Origin: the human T2T-CHM13v2.0 reference genome, Homo sapiens
NCBI RefSeq assembly: GCF_009914755.1
Contig: NC_060926.1
DNA: 64,000 bases
Reading direction: 5' to 3' (one strand)
Part shown: positions 10,084 through 24,975 of the stretch, one piece after another
How the letters are laid out: the number at the start of each line of letters is the position of its first letter
How positions within the stretch are numbered: position 1 is the first letter of the stretch
Program-made: the position numbers and the translations under genes
The notes under the pieces: model-generated
Seen by the model: the letters and a program-made list of their open reading frames with translations, nothing else
Databases searched by the model: none
Told to the model about the DNA's origin: nothing

Positions 10084-13000
10084 TGTTGAGTGGCGTCGAA
10101 TCCTGACTTCCAGGCTTTAAGTGCAGTGAGCTCACTGCTTTAACTCATGAGCCTATTTCAGACATTTTAATGCATCTATTAAATTTCCTTTTTATTAACC
10201 TTAGCAAAAACTTTCAGTAATATTATATCCCAACATCAAATAAAACATCCTGTTTCCATAATTCCTAGACAGAAGAGCCATATAATCAAATGAGCCTATT
10301 TGGATGCTTATGTTCTGTACATTACACTTATCTAAATTTATACTTGAAGGAGAGGGTGGGAAGATAGGGTTTAAGGCTTCTTAAAAGTTCCCTCTTGTTT
10401 TCATTCTCGAAATGTCCACATGAAATATGTAGCTATGCTTCACTGGAAGCTGTTGCTAAGACTTTGTTCTAGTCAGTACTTGCTCAGACTTCGTTCTAAA
10501 GTATTCGCTTTAGTAACCTGCAAGTTCAGTATGGTATCAAAATATAATAAGTCCTCCTTTATTTAAACTCTTCAAATGGCAGTATTTAGTAGGGTGGCTA
10601 TGGAAAAGCCTAGCAATATGGCATAATTTCTCTTGGTTTTGGTTTTTGTTTTAATTCATGCTGCTTGCATTGGTAAAATTATTCTATTTCCATCAATAAA
10701 CCAGATGTTACAGAAAAATCATTGCAACATGCCTGTATCCCTATAGGTTTGCTTACTTTAAAGGCTTCCAGGCTTGAAAGAATCTTTGCTTCTCTGTGCG
10801 TCTTGGAGAGAGACTGATACAGCTGGCTGACAGTGGTTACACTCAGAAGCTGGTTATCGATCAGCTAAGAGGATGATGTGTGTCGTTTATCTCTGCTGAA
10901 TTTGATCTTTTTATTCTGCCCCTCTAGCCTCTGTGTAATGAGAACCTGTGAGCCAGGGCCATCCACTGAAGTCACTTCCACCTTCTTATTACCCGTGTGT
11001 CTCCCTATGAAGACGCACTTCATCTTTCTCCTCTGAAGACTGAGTATCAGAGATAATAGAGGGTATGGGCATCATGAAGGCTGGAAGCAGCATTAAAACA
11101 TCAACCAATAAGAGGTCAGAGTCTCTCTCCAGAGCTAACATTTTTAGTTTTTCCAATATGATACTTAGGCTTCTGCTTTGCAAAGACACACAGGCATATT
11201 TGAGTTCTTTGCTCTCTTAAGAGAACTGGTGTTGCTTTTGGAGTTTTGTGGAGTTTTTTTGTTTTGTTTTTAGCAGCACAATTAATTCAATGCTTAGAAA
11301 GTATCCAATATCAAAGAAAAACGGTGTGGATATTACAGAATTCAACATGTCACATTACGAAAAGGATAATCCCTTGGGCACCCCAGTCACAGGTTTCTTT
11401 CAGAAATGTGAGACAAATAAATAAAAAGGGCCACAGAATAAATCAAAGGAGGACATAATTTTGAAGAAAGATATTTAAAATCCTCTCCCAGTAAGGCTAA
11501 TGGCATGTGCCATTTTTATTTGATGGCCTGAAGCAAAGTCACCTAACAACCCATAATGCTCACAGAATTGCGTCTTTATTTTTAGCTTCTGCCTGGGAAG
11601 TTATATGGATCCTTAAAGTATCTTATAAAATCTCAGTATACATTATATACAAATCTGCAAATGCTTGCTCTGCTACCTTAATCCTTTAGAGAAATTTATT
11701 CACTACTGATGAAAACCTAATTTCTGAGCCCCACCTATTTGCTGAATCCAAAATCTCTGTTACACTCTTGATAAATGCTCTACATAATTCTAGTTTCAAA
11801 TGGCATAAAATCTGCCCAAGCAACAAACAGCTTTATACAGTGAGACCTTCCTCAAACATTGTTCTCAGGATAGAAAAAAGGAAATAGTTTGTACACCATG
11901 TGTACTAAGCTTGGCAATACATAAAAAGCAACAAAGATTTGGTGTGCAAAGGTAATGCAAACACAATACAAATATTTGGAGGTGAGAACTTGCTGTGCCT
12001 AGGCTCAATACGCAGCCTATTACACAATACTTTTAAATTATTTAAATGTATATGCTCAACACTGTAATTCCTGCTGAAAACTCATGAGGCTGTGATATGC
12101 AGAATCTCCACCTTCGTTTCTTTGATCTGTTCTACTTGAGAGAGAATGAGGATTCTAATTAGAACTTGAGTTTTTAATACTTTTTCTGAATAAAGGTAAA
12201 ATAACTTCAAAAGCTGAAACCATTATCTTCGAAAAAAGAAAGGTCTCAAGATCAAGGCTGTTTATTTTGGAGTTTTGAAGCACAGAAGTGTTTCACATGT
12301 GAAGGGGTTGGGAATGAAGGAAGGATCATTTAGAAATTTAATTTTTCAGAGGGAACTATCTAAAATATTCAGAATATCTGAATAACATACCTATGCCATA
12401 TGCCAAGATCATCCGCATTTCTCCCCGCACCCCCCCACAAGGAGCCCCATGTGTCCTTCAACCTGAAATTTGCATCAAAGTAGGGGAGAGAAGCCAAGCC
12501 AGGAAGCCATGAGCAGAAGAAGAGAAACTGAGGACATGAATTCATGTTTAGTAAATGAACTAAGACAATCTCTGTAATGACTGTTACATTTCATTTGTGT
12601 ACCCCAAGCAAAATCTGTTAAAAATAAATTATATATGTTTAAACTGGAAGTGTTCCTAGCATAATGGTATAAGGTACTCAGGGCTAAATTGAAATGATCA
12701 TTCTAAAACTACAAAAATCTCAGTAACATAAATTATAATTTCACGGTATGCCTTGAAATGGTGGTTTTGCAATAAAATTAAAATATATATTCTCAGTGTT
12801 TGTCTGGCAAATGCAAATACATGAAACAAACATGGTTAGTAAATGAACCAACAATTTGCTACATTTGAAGAAATCTGTTTTTACACTGAATACTTCAATT
12901 GGCAAAAAAAATGTAGAAATTTTGTCTTTCCAAAGGAATTACCACTGGTATAATTCATATGATAGCCCCTGAATAATCAGAGATGATAATAACAAAGATT

Positions 13001-13380
13001 TACCGTTATTTTTTTAAAAAAACTTTAAAAGGAAAAGCTTAAGCAACAGAAGAAATATTCTTGCTACATTAAATCTGTTTTTTTTTTCTATGTACATTGA
13101 CTCCAAATAAGGGCAAACACAAACCAATTCAAGTACCCTTACTAAAAATCAAGTAGTGGTAAAACTAGAAGTTAGAATTACAAAATAAACAAAAACCAAC
13201 CTACAATGAAGATACATTACCCAGATGGTTTTTGCTTGCTTCTACCTACATTGCTTGCAAGTGTAAGTAGGCAGCCCAGGGCTAAGAAACCTCAAAATGG
13301 AACTGCTGGAGTTTTCACTCACCCATTCAACAAACCTGCCACCAAAGAGCTTATTGAATGCTCATCAATTCTATTTTTTT

Positions 13381-13578
13381 AATGTAAACAAACATTCTTG
13401 ATTTACTAATTTTCAGAGTAATGACACAAATTTAGCATTCTCCTTCAATGGGAAACTTGCTTAGAAGTTACTGCATTCTTTTTCTCTTTTTCAGAAGCAC
13501 ATCTTGTAGCACCAGCTGCTTTTCTCTGAAGGAAAGCTTATTTTTTGACCGGACATACTAGCTATACCGCACCATCAT
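13381..13578 (-). pseudogene. SDAD1: 5'-truncated processed pseudogene of SDA1 domain-containing protein 1 (last 36 codons plus 87-nt 3'UTR)
   Basis: Minus strand 13578-13468 translates [35 protein letters not shown], against the recalled SDAD1 C-terminus [36 protein letters not shown]. It has an internal stop, an 18-bp direct repeat at 13362-13379 and 13575-13592, and AGTAAA 21 nt before the tail. Confidence 0.88.
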
Positions 13579-14449
13579 CAATTCTATTTTTTAAAAAAAG
13601 ATACGAATTTATTTGAAAGATGCCAGTTTGTTGTTAGTGTTGATATTTACTGAGTTTTGCACCAAGCAAGTACAGATGCTGTAAAACAGACACTCTAGGA
13701 ATCTATACTATTTGATCATGCAGCTCTGTATCTTCACAGATAAATAACAGATCTGAATTACCATACCTGTTTAATCTTTTCTGTGAAACATCTTCAGAAC
13801 ATTGTGTTTAAAACTCTATTTAATCCTACCAATTGAAGCCCTTTTGTCAGGGGGCAATAATGCAGAGTGTAGAGACCAGAAAGCTGCTAATTTAGAGACC
13901 AACGTTCACTCTGGTCCTAGCTCTTCACCTGACCACCAGTGGAGCTTTGGCCAATAAGCTGCTAAAGCTGCCATCCTTTTAACCTTGGGATCCTCACCTA
14001 TAAATGGAAGCTTTTGAGTTCAGTATGAATTCTGAAGGCAGTATCAGAGCCTTTGATCATACAGTGGAGTCCGTCAAGTGACTAAATCAGCATTCTTTAA
14101 GAAGGTTTGTTGATTTTTTTCAGAGCTCATGAATGTTCTAGCCTATGTAGAAATGCCAGTGGGTAATATGTTAAGTGGTGCCCTAACAGTCTGGAAGATT
14201 TTATGCCATCAGATGGGGAGTGGTTTACTCCTCGGGAGAACCATATTATTCAACATACGCTACATTTGCAAACTCAAATTTTGTAGTAGTGAGAGAGAAC
14301 GACTTTCTGTTTTCATTCAATAGATCTTTCCTTGGGTTTCTACTGTTTGAATTAAATTTTAGCTTATTTAATAATAACATAATTTGCATTTTGTTGTGGT
14401 TTGAAGAAGAGAGGAGAGGTGTCATCCAGGACAACGTACCAAAGCACCT

Positions 14450-14650
14450 ACTCTCTCCTCTCCCCCTACTGTGACCTATTTTTCTGTATAGCACTTATTC
14501 CCATCTGGCATGATTTTATTTATTTATTTACAATTTGGTAATTTTCCACTTCTCCCAGTAGAATGAAAGCTCCATGAGTTGGGATTTGTGTTTGTCCTGT
14601 TTACCTTTATATGTTCGGTATGTAGAAAAATATCTAGCATATTTGTGAAT
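14450..14650 (+). mobile_element. L2a 3' end
   Basis: atagcacttattcccatctggca...tagaatgaaagctccatgag...tttgtcctgtttacc. Confidence 0.75.
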
Positions 14651-14728
14651 GATATCATTTGATTTTAAAGAAACCGTTATATGGAATATCATCAAACTAA
14701 TAAGAGTAACATTAAGTATGCCATAAGG

Positions 14729-14787
14729 GGTGTGTGTGTGTGTGTGTGTGTGTGTATAAATATATACATATATATACATATATATAT
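14729..14787. repeat. (TG)n/(TA)n compound microsatellite
   Basis: Direct reading of the sequence. Confidence 0.93.
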
Positions 14788-14859
14788 AAGCTTCATCTCA
14801 GGAAAAAGAAAGTCAAGAAGAGTCAAGGAAGAAGAATTAGAAGAATAGAATCTTCTAGA

Positions 14860-15025
14860 CTCTTGCTACTCAAATCTAGGAACCAACAACATTAGAGTAG
14901 CATTACATGGGCGGCTGTTAAAAATGTAGGACCTCAGGCCCTACCCCAAATCTACAAAATTGGAATAAATATTTTAACAAGATGTCATGTAATTCAAATG
15001 CATATTAAATTTGAGAAGTACTACC
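14860..15025. mobile_element. MER5A1-like hAT element
   Basis: ttgctactcaaa...tgttaaaaatgtaggacctcaggccctacccc...catattaaatttgagaagtact. Confidence 0.75.
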
Positions 15026-16658
15026 CTGGGGACCCATATAGGAGACCTATATTTTGTGGAAGACACCAAAACATGTCTTTCCTCTCCTGGTGCAGGCTTC
15101 CAGCATCCATATCTGAGTGGGGGGTGATTCCTAATGATTCTCTTTTGGATCTTTCCAGTGTGATTAAGTCAGGTTCACCTCCAGAGACTTACAAGAAAGT
15201 CTAGAATGAGATCAGAAGACTGTCTTACCCAGTTCCAGAAAGACTCCCTTCCTGTTTAACGATGCTTGAAATTCCTTGAATAAGGGAGAAAACTCCATAT
15301 CTCAGCCAGAAATAAAAAGCCTAAACTGCAAATACCCAGAAAAGGTAAAATAGAGACAGAAACTTAATCATACTAAGGTAAAATCTAACAACAGAATAAA
15401 AGACTGAGATCATATTTCTGCAAGTTTTATTAGGGAAGGAGTTGTCGAGGGAGGAGGAAGGTATTCAGTGCTTGTAGGTTATTTGCTAGGGAGATAATAT
15501 ATGATGGAAAGAGAATGTGAGAATCAGAAAGTAGAATTTAAAGTCATGAGAAATTTTGTGGGGCAAACTTCATCTATTTTGAATTGCAAGAAAATAACAT
15601 ATTCTTGTCCACATAAACTTACGAAGGTTTTTAAAATTCTAACTTCTTTATGTTTAAAGTGCTTTATTCCACAGCTTTGATAATCCAATATTATCCGATA
15701 ATCCAAAATAAATTTACAGCCCAGTGAACTACAATCTTAGTATCAGCAATTCTACCTGTAGAAGCACATCCAACAAAAGGAAGAGAGGGCCCCAGGAGGC
15801 CACGTTGAAGAGGAGTACCCTACCAGGTTTGCCATTTGGAGAAACGAGGACAATGAAAGTGTACTTTTTCTGGGAACTCAACCTGCTACCAGCTGATAGT
15901 CATCTTAAGAGGCACTTTTCTATAAATCACTATAATTTAAAAACCAAATGCTTTGAAACTCCTTTTGCCAGATCAAATCAAACTGACTCTCAGTTGGTGG
16001 AAGGCTCAGATGTGAATTTCATAACACACATCAATTACTATCTAATCCATCACTTGTAATGGCTGAATGTGCTCAGCGCCATTCCCAGAACCAGTGTCAT
16101 GGAAACAAATAACAGCATCTAGGTAAGAGTAGAATTTTAAAATGCTCTCATCACTATCTGCAAAGCATGAGTTGAGCATGTGTAAGCACATGCTTGATTT
16201 GGCCTTTTAATCTCAAGCCATATCATCTCTTGAGCTTTCTAGAGCTCAAGCTTTTAGGGGCAAGAGATATTGCCATGTAAAGATGTCGGTTTCTCTAATG
16301 GCTCCTAGGACACTTTTTTGGTGATAGCCAAAACTTTTCAGGTAATGGTATGTCCCCTAACATGTTCATTAACCTCTGTGATAGGCACATGGGTGTCTTT
16401 CCACATAGAAAATATTGGTTAATTTGTGTCCTTTACACTGTCATAAGTTGCTTTCAACAGAAAATAACATTGCTAGTCTACACAATGTAAATAAGCTGAC
16501 ATAAATATGAAATAGTACACAGTCTATTTGAACAACCAAACCATCTTTACAGCTAAATTTCTAATCCATTATCTCCCTAGAGGGGTTGTGGCAGTCATAA
16601 CTTTATTTTCTACTTGAACTGGCTGACTGGACCATGGTCAATTATCACAGTGAGAGAT

Positions 16659-16872
16659 TATCATCATCATCATCATTATCACCATCATCATCAGCATCAC
16701 TAAAATTTATCTAGTGCTTAGTATATGTCAGATAGTGCTCTGTACATGTTATATGTACTAATTTATTTTACCCTCTTAAAAATCATTATGTGGTAGATAT
16801 TATTATTATCCACATTTTACAAATGAGGAAACTGAGGCCAGAGTGGTTAAGGAACTTGTGCAGGGTCATACA
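16659..16872 (-). mobile_element. MIR with (CAT)n-rich tail
   Basis: cattttacaaatgaggaaactgaggccagagtggttaaggaacttgtgcagggtcataca, preceded by a (CAT)n run. Confidence 0.9.
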
Positions 16873-17949
16873 AATAACCTTGGATGTGTTGAGCGCTTGA
16901 CAGAATACAAAACCTGTCCTCTGTTGCTTGTTCCATAATTCCAAATTTTTACATGCACAAACACACTGCCCCCTAGTCTTTCTGACTAGCTAGAATATTA
17001 TCCAAAAGAAAGACAGATAGGTAGAGGAGATGTGAAGGTACCACTAGGGAGATTTCCTTGCACCAGTCATGTTAGCTGTTTAAAGAGAGCATCCACAGGG
17101 TTGATATTGTGGATGCCTGGTGTGTGGCTTTGGAGGTCCAATGTGTAACCTGGAACCTAGGAACTCCTTGAATATGCTGCTTGGGAGCATGGCCCAGGTG
17201 GCACAATCACATGGAAATCATCCCAATGTGAGTATTGGGATCTCAGGTGTTACTCCTTTTGTCTGCTCACTCTGGGCACCAGAACCTTAACTGTACCACC
17301 ATAAGGGATCCGCCAGCTTAAAGATTTCATGGAGGCTACAGATGAGTAACTACAAAGACAGATTTTTTTTTTCCCATGGAATGAGAGCTAGAAGCAATTT
17401 TCTATGCTTTTAAGCAAAAACCATACAAAAGAAAATGTAAAATTCACTGGACCTTAGAGTACTTAACATTATATGTGGCCAATAGTACTCACTCTACAAA
17501 TATTTTTCTTTCACTTCAATTCCACTCCTTAAAGAATTGGTGAAGACTCAGCCATATAGGGCTAAGGGAAATGTCCCTATTCTAAAGTTCCTTTCTAGGT
17601 CTCTCCTTACACTGTCCATCATATTCTGTGTATCCCACACTACCCTTGTCATGTCTGTGCCCTGTGCTTTGATGTGTCATTTCCTCATGCACATTTCTTC
17701 ATTACTAAGTCTAGGTAAATTTTAGTCTTTGCTTTTACCCTTGCACAGGATGTGGTTTAAGTATAGCATTTATAGCAGTAGTATTTCTAAGGACATTTGC
17801 TTTCTCCAGTACATTTTGCAGTGCTTCAACCCAGGCAAGACTCCTCTTTCAATGCACATGGACCCGCATGCTGCTGTCACCTGTATGGCCCTGCTTCAGG
17901 TCACTCCCAGTCTTGCCCCACATTTGGCCACTGTAAGATCATTGGAGAA

Positions 17950-18247
<298 letters not shown>

Positions 18248-18320
18248 GAAATTTTTTATTTTGTTTTGCTCCTTTTGTTGACAAAAATATTTCCTAGATT
18301 GGAGTCTCAACAAAGGATGA

Positions 18321-18708
<388 letters not shown>

Positions 18709-19050
18709 CTTATTGACTCTTCTAAGAGAGTTAGTACATGATCTAGCTTGGCTCAGAGGAAAGAAAATTAATTCCCCAAATCTGTTTTAGGTGCCTGAAA
18801 CAGGACACAATAAAGGGGAAGCTGAGAAATCATTTGTGATTTGCACATGGTGCCCCAAAGAAGGATTCTGGTCTCAGTTGGTGCTGTCAGTAGCTCTTGC
18901 TGTATTCTCAGCCCCTAAAGCAATAATTAATGTACCAGGGTAATAAGTTTCCATATGCTATTATCTAAAGAACTAAAAACATTTTAAAATCCCATAAACA
19001 TGTGACCTAAAAACATACTCAACAAACTCAGTCAAAAAACAAAAGACTAA

Positions 19051-19461
<411 letters not shown>

Positions 19462-19574
19462 TAGAAATAGTCTTAAAAATAACTTTGAGTCCTTCAGTGA
19501 AACAAGCCCTTGAAAATATCATACAAATAGTAATACAATAGAAAAATCAAAGCAATTTAAAACTTAAGGTATCA

Positions 19575-20080
19575 TCTGGATGCAAGTAAAAAATGTTCAA
19601 TTCAACATGGATGGAGTTAATAATAAGGAGAGGGAGAAAAATGATTGGCTCACAGAATAAAAAGTTCAGAGAAACCTGAACCAGGGGTTCAAATGGTACC
19701 ATCTGGACTCGGTTTCTCTCCACCTCTTGGCTCTGCAAATTTCTAGGTTGACTTCATTCCCAGATGTACCCCATCTTTATGGTGACCTTATAGCTCATGC
19801 TTAACTCAACCCAGAGCTAGCAATTACTGCAGAAAGGGATAGTCTCTTGCCCATAATTCTGATAAATGTGCAAGAATTGAGCACCATTGTCTTAGACTAG
19901 GTTATATGCCCATCCCTGAACCAACCATATGCCAAGGGAATATAATATAGCAGAATCAGGGTTGGAGGGAGGTGCTGCATGCAAGGCTCGTCTAAACCTC
20001 ATTTACTGAGGGCCGGTTCCCAAAAGTAAAATCAAGGTGTCATTACCAGAACAAAAAGGGAAATGGATGCTACACAAGCT
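19575..20080 (-). mobile_element. MLT1K-like MaLR LTR
   Basis: ggactcggtttctctccacctcttggctctgc, tgcccatccctgaaccaacca and attaccagaacaaaaagggaaatggatgct. Confidence 0.75.
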
Positions 20081-20884
20081 AAATAAATAAATAAATAAAT
20101 AAAATGCACAAACCACTTCTCAAATGAATTAACTTCCCAACCTGAGCTTGTAAAATATTGATAAGAATTTTTTAAAGGAATTAAGCACAGTAATACAGTG
20201 CCACAAATCCAACTCTTGACTAATTGGCAAAGGCAAGAATACATACATAAATGTATTAGAACAGTAGCCCTTCCATTTCAACAACAAAAAAATATGTGGG
20301 TCACTCAGATGGAAATTAAAATCTGAATCTAGTCCGAAACAATTGTTAACTCGGTTCTAAAGTTATGAGCATCCAAGTACATACTAATACGCTCCCATGT
20401 CAAAGAGGTCCTATTCCTCTTCACTTCAGTTTGCATCCTATTCTGACATTATACCATGTCATGAGGGCCCACTGCTCTTGTATGCAAAGCAGGTTCAGAG
20501 TAAATGAGCTAAAAATGTCTTATATACATAATGGCTCTTGTCTCAACTTAGCTGTGAATACTAGATTGCTGCAAACACCAAAATAATAGTGCTGCTAATG
20601 AGGAGATTTGTTCATAACTTACTACACTGTCAAATTTAATGTTCAACCATAATGGTTATTATTTATTGATATGTTGTGTGTATACAAAGCAGTGGCTGAG
20701 GCCAAAAGCAGACTCTTAAGAGAGTTCAAGCCTAATAGATTATGAAAAATCTCCTAAAGAGAACTATTTTTTTAATTTGGGGGCCCAAAATGTTTGTTGT
20801 TTATCATATCTTGATTGAAAAGACAGAGGTCTAGAAATAAAGTCAGAATACTAGGGATCATTCTATAGGAGACTAGAATAAATT

Positions 20885-21685
<801 letters not shown>

Positions 21686-22347
21686 ACAGAATAGTAGAGT
21701 TTGAATTTGAGCTTTGCAATTTAAGTGATCTTTGAACCTTAATTCTTTTTTTCTTCTTGCTTTTTTTCATTGTTTTGCTGCGTTCAAGGTTTGCCTAGAA
21801 GAACCTTAATTCTTCATCTGCAAAATAAAGGCAATCTTTTTGTAAGATGATGATGAAAATGACTTCTGAACTGTAAATAACAACTAAATGTCATATAATA
21901 TTCTTATAAAATGGTCTTGTGTGAGTCTGAAGTGTAGGCTCCACAATGTCCTCAAAGGGTAGTATCAACTTGCAAAGTTTTATTTGGGTGTATCCATGCC
22001 AATATCAGGCACCTCCTCTGGTTTCCAATTGTGTGCAACCAGATTCACAAGGGAGAAGACAAATGGTAAATTATACTTAAGACCACTGCAGATCACTCTT
22101 AAAATGCCAAGAAAACAACTGCCCATGTTCCTCCAAGGAGTCACACAATCCATTCAGTACTTTCAGGACTGACAAGATCATGTTTATTTCAGTGGCTGGG
22201 TAAGTAGAGCATCATAGAAGATAACAGCTTTGTAGAAATATGGTTGTATATAAAAAGTGTTTTCACCTTTTAAAGTCAATACATTCTCTCTCCACCTTAT
22301 CCTAATAGATAGTTTTAATCATACAATAAACATAATTTTATATCCCA

Positions 22348-22569
22348 TCTCTGGGCCAGATGGCCTGCATTCCAATCCTGGGCTCTACTTCTAGCTGTGT
22401 AACCTTGGAAAATTACTTAACCTCTGTCTCAGTTCCTTCATTTGCAAAATGGGAGTAATAATAATACGTACCATGTACGATTGTGATAATTAAATGAGTT
22501 AAAACATGTAAAGAATGTAAAATTGAGATATTAGCTAATAGGTACTAAATAAATGTTAGTTTATTATTA
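22348..22569 (+). mobile_element. MIR SINE
   Basis: ctagctgtgtaaccttggaaaattacttaacctctgtctcagttccttcatttgcaaaatggg...aataaatgttag. Confidence 0.9.
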
Positions 22570-22589
22570 AATGCTATTATCTTAATCTT

Positions 22590-22915
22590 TCCATTTAACA
22601 CAAATATATACACTTTTCCCATATTTATTATATAGTCTTCATAGCCAACATTTTATTGGTGCATAATAGTATATAAATAGCATACTCTGTTAAGTGGGTG
22701 TGCTATAATTTATTTCAACATTATTCAAGACATGGGAATAATGCTTGCTTCTTATTTTTCAAAATTTTTTATATTTTACATTTATTAATAATATCTTAAT
22801 GTCTTTGTACAGTGACTTTTTCCATATTCTGGATTATTACTGTAAGCTCGATCCCTAGAAAGAGTTTAGAGGAATAATTGGTATAGAAATCTTTAGGTAT
22901 TTTGATACATCTTGA
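22590..22915 (-). mobile_element. L1ME-type fragment
   Basis: AT-rich diverged reverse L1M 3' sequence (atccctagaa...ctttaggtattttgataca). Confidence 0.5.
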
Positions 22916-23623
22916 AAGTTGGACTTTTGATTATAAAGATTCTATCTTTGCTTATTCCTTTCTGAACCTCTACTCAGAACTTGACACAAGGCTCTTCATC
23001 CAGCCATTCAACACCTGCTGATATTTGTTCTCAAGGTACATTTAAGAAAGGTCATTATAAGAAATTACCATATTAAAATTCATCTACAAAATTATTTGAG
23101 TTTCATCTTTAAAAGATAGTTTTCTAAGTATATAATCACTTCATATTAGAGCTTTGTTGCTAATAAGGGAAATTTGAACTCCAAAAAAAACCACCAGAAA
23201 AACCCACTTACTCAATGATATTTTTAGCACGTAAAATTCCCCCTATGAATCATATGCTCACAAACCATGCACCCCTAAATATTTAGCTCCTTCTGACTCA
23301 TTCTGAAACATTCTGACAACTTCTCCATTGAAATTTAAAATTTCCCAATACTGTAAGATCCTCCTTTCCTCTAATTAATTAGTTCCCTTTCCCATTGGCA
23401 AAATGCAGTAGTGATAATCTCTACACTTACAGACTGTGGAATGGAGCACACAGCTGGAATCTTTCACTGCCCACAAGTCTACATTTTCCCATCTTCCTGG
23501 TATGTCTCTCTCACCTAATACTGGATTTTCATTGCCCTCTTTTCCTGCCACTGACAACCACCACCCACAGGTAAAATCTTATCCTTCAAAATCTTGGATG
23601 TGTCCTAAAACCCCATTTTCAAC

Positions 23624-24171
23624 TGTATTAATGAGAGTTCTCCAGAGAAACAGAACCAATAGACTATATATATGCATATGTATGTGTGTATAAAATAGAA
23701 TATATATGTGTATACATATAGAAAAAGAGAGAGAGAGATTTAAAACGAATTGACTTATATGATTATAGAGGCTAAAATGCCCCAAGATTTGCAGTTGGCA
23801 ATCAGCAAACTAGAGAACCAGGGTAGCCAATGGCATAAGTTCCAGTCAGAAAGCTTGCAAGCTGAAGAACCAAGAAGAACCAATGTTTGAGTCTGAAGGC
23901 GGGAAAAGACCAATGTTCCAGCTCAGGCAGTGAGGTGGGAGGCATCCCCCCTTACTCAAGGGAGGTTTAGCCTTTTTGTTCTATTCGGGCCTTCATGTGA
24001 TTGGATGAGGCCCACCCATATAAGGGAGGAAAATCTGCTTTGCTCAATCTATGGATTCAAATGTGGATCTCATCCAAAGCACCCCAACAGATACACCCAG
24101 AAATAATGTTTGACCAAATATCAGGGCACCCCATGGTCCAGTAAAGTTGACCCATAAAATTAACTATCACA
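23624..24171 (-). mobile_element. MLT2B-like ERVL solo LTR
   Basis: TG...CA termini: tgtattaatgagagttctccagagaaacagaaccaatag ... aagttgacccataaaattaactatcaca. Confidence 0.9.
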
Positions 24172-24869
24172 CCATCTGCAGACTCTGGTTTCTGCACTCT
24201 CTCTGCACCGTTTGCTTAAGAAATCACACCCTCTTCACTAATATCTGCGGATTGATGCAGTCTTTCTCTCCCATAACACTCTGCTTACTTCCTACTCTAC
24301 TAGCAACACACTTCCGAGTGCTCTGTCTTATGCGGGGGTCACTCCACACAGAAAGCTCCCACCACACATGAGAAAAATTGAATTCATAATGTTTGTTCTC
24401 AATGGCCCCTTCTCTTATTGTCAATGATTATAGTACCCAAAAAATAAACATGGAACTCATTCCTCAGGTATTTTTCTATTCTGTTGCTACAAATCACACC
24501 AGGTTGCTGGTCTGGCCAGCTTTCAAGTTTCTTTGCCACCAATTATTGAATTAATTAGTTTTCCAGCAAGCTTGCTCTTTGTTCTGTGTAGTACATAAAT
24601 GGCACTCGGGGTGGAAAGTTTACAGTAAGAAAGCAAGACAAGTGCTCATTTAAGTCACCATGAAAAGCACTTAAAACCCCCACACCTTCCAAGTAGACCC
24701 TCACTGACCATTATCTACCTCTCAGGCAGGACCAAGTGAGTGGCTTTAGAGACCTGAAAATTTCACCTCAGCGGCCTTGCATGAACCCAAACTAAATTTG
24801 AAATATAAAGTCATTCTTTGAAACCTCACTGGAAATGCTAGCAATATGTCTGGGTGATGCTTCTGGCTG

Positions 24870-24975
24870 GCAAAATGGCAAGTCATTTATCCTTTCTGCC
24901 CTTGTTTCCTCATATGTGAAATGAGGAACACTGACTCACTTCACAGGAAGGCTGCATGCGTTTAATTAGTTAACA
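24870..24975 (+). mobile_element. Old MIR-core SINE fragment
   Basis: ggcaagtcatttatcctttctgcccttgtttcctcatatgtgaaatgagg...tcacaggaaggctg...ttaattagtta. Confidence 0.6.

Noticed and set aside
10989-11189. 66-aa minus-strand ORF ending near a GG|gtaata donor-like site
   Set aside because: No recognisable protein and no convincing upstream acceptor
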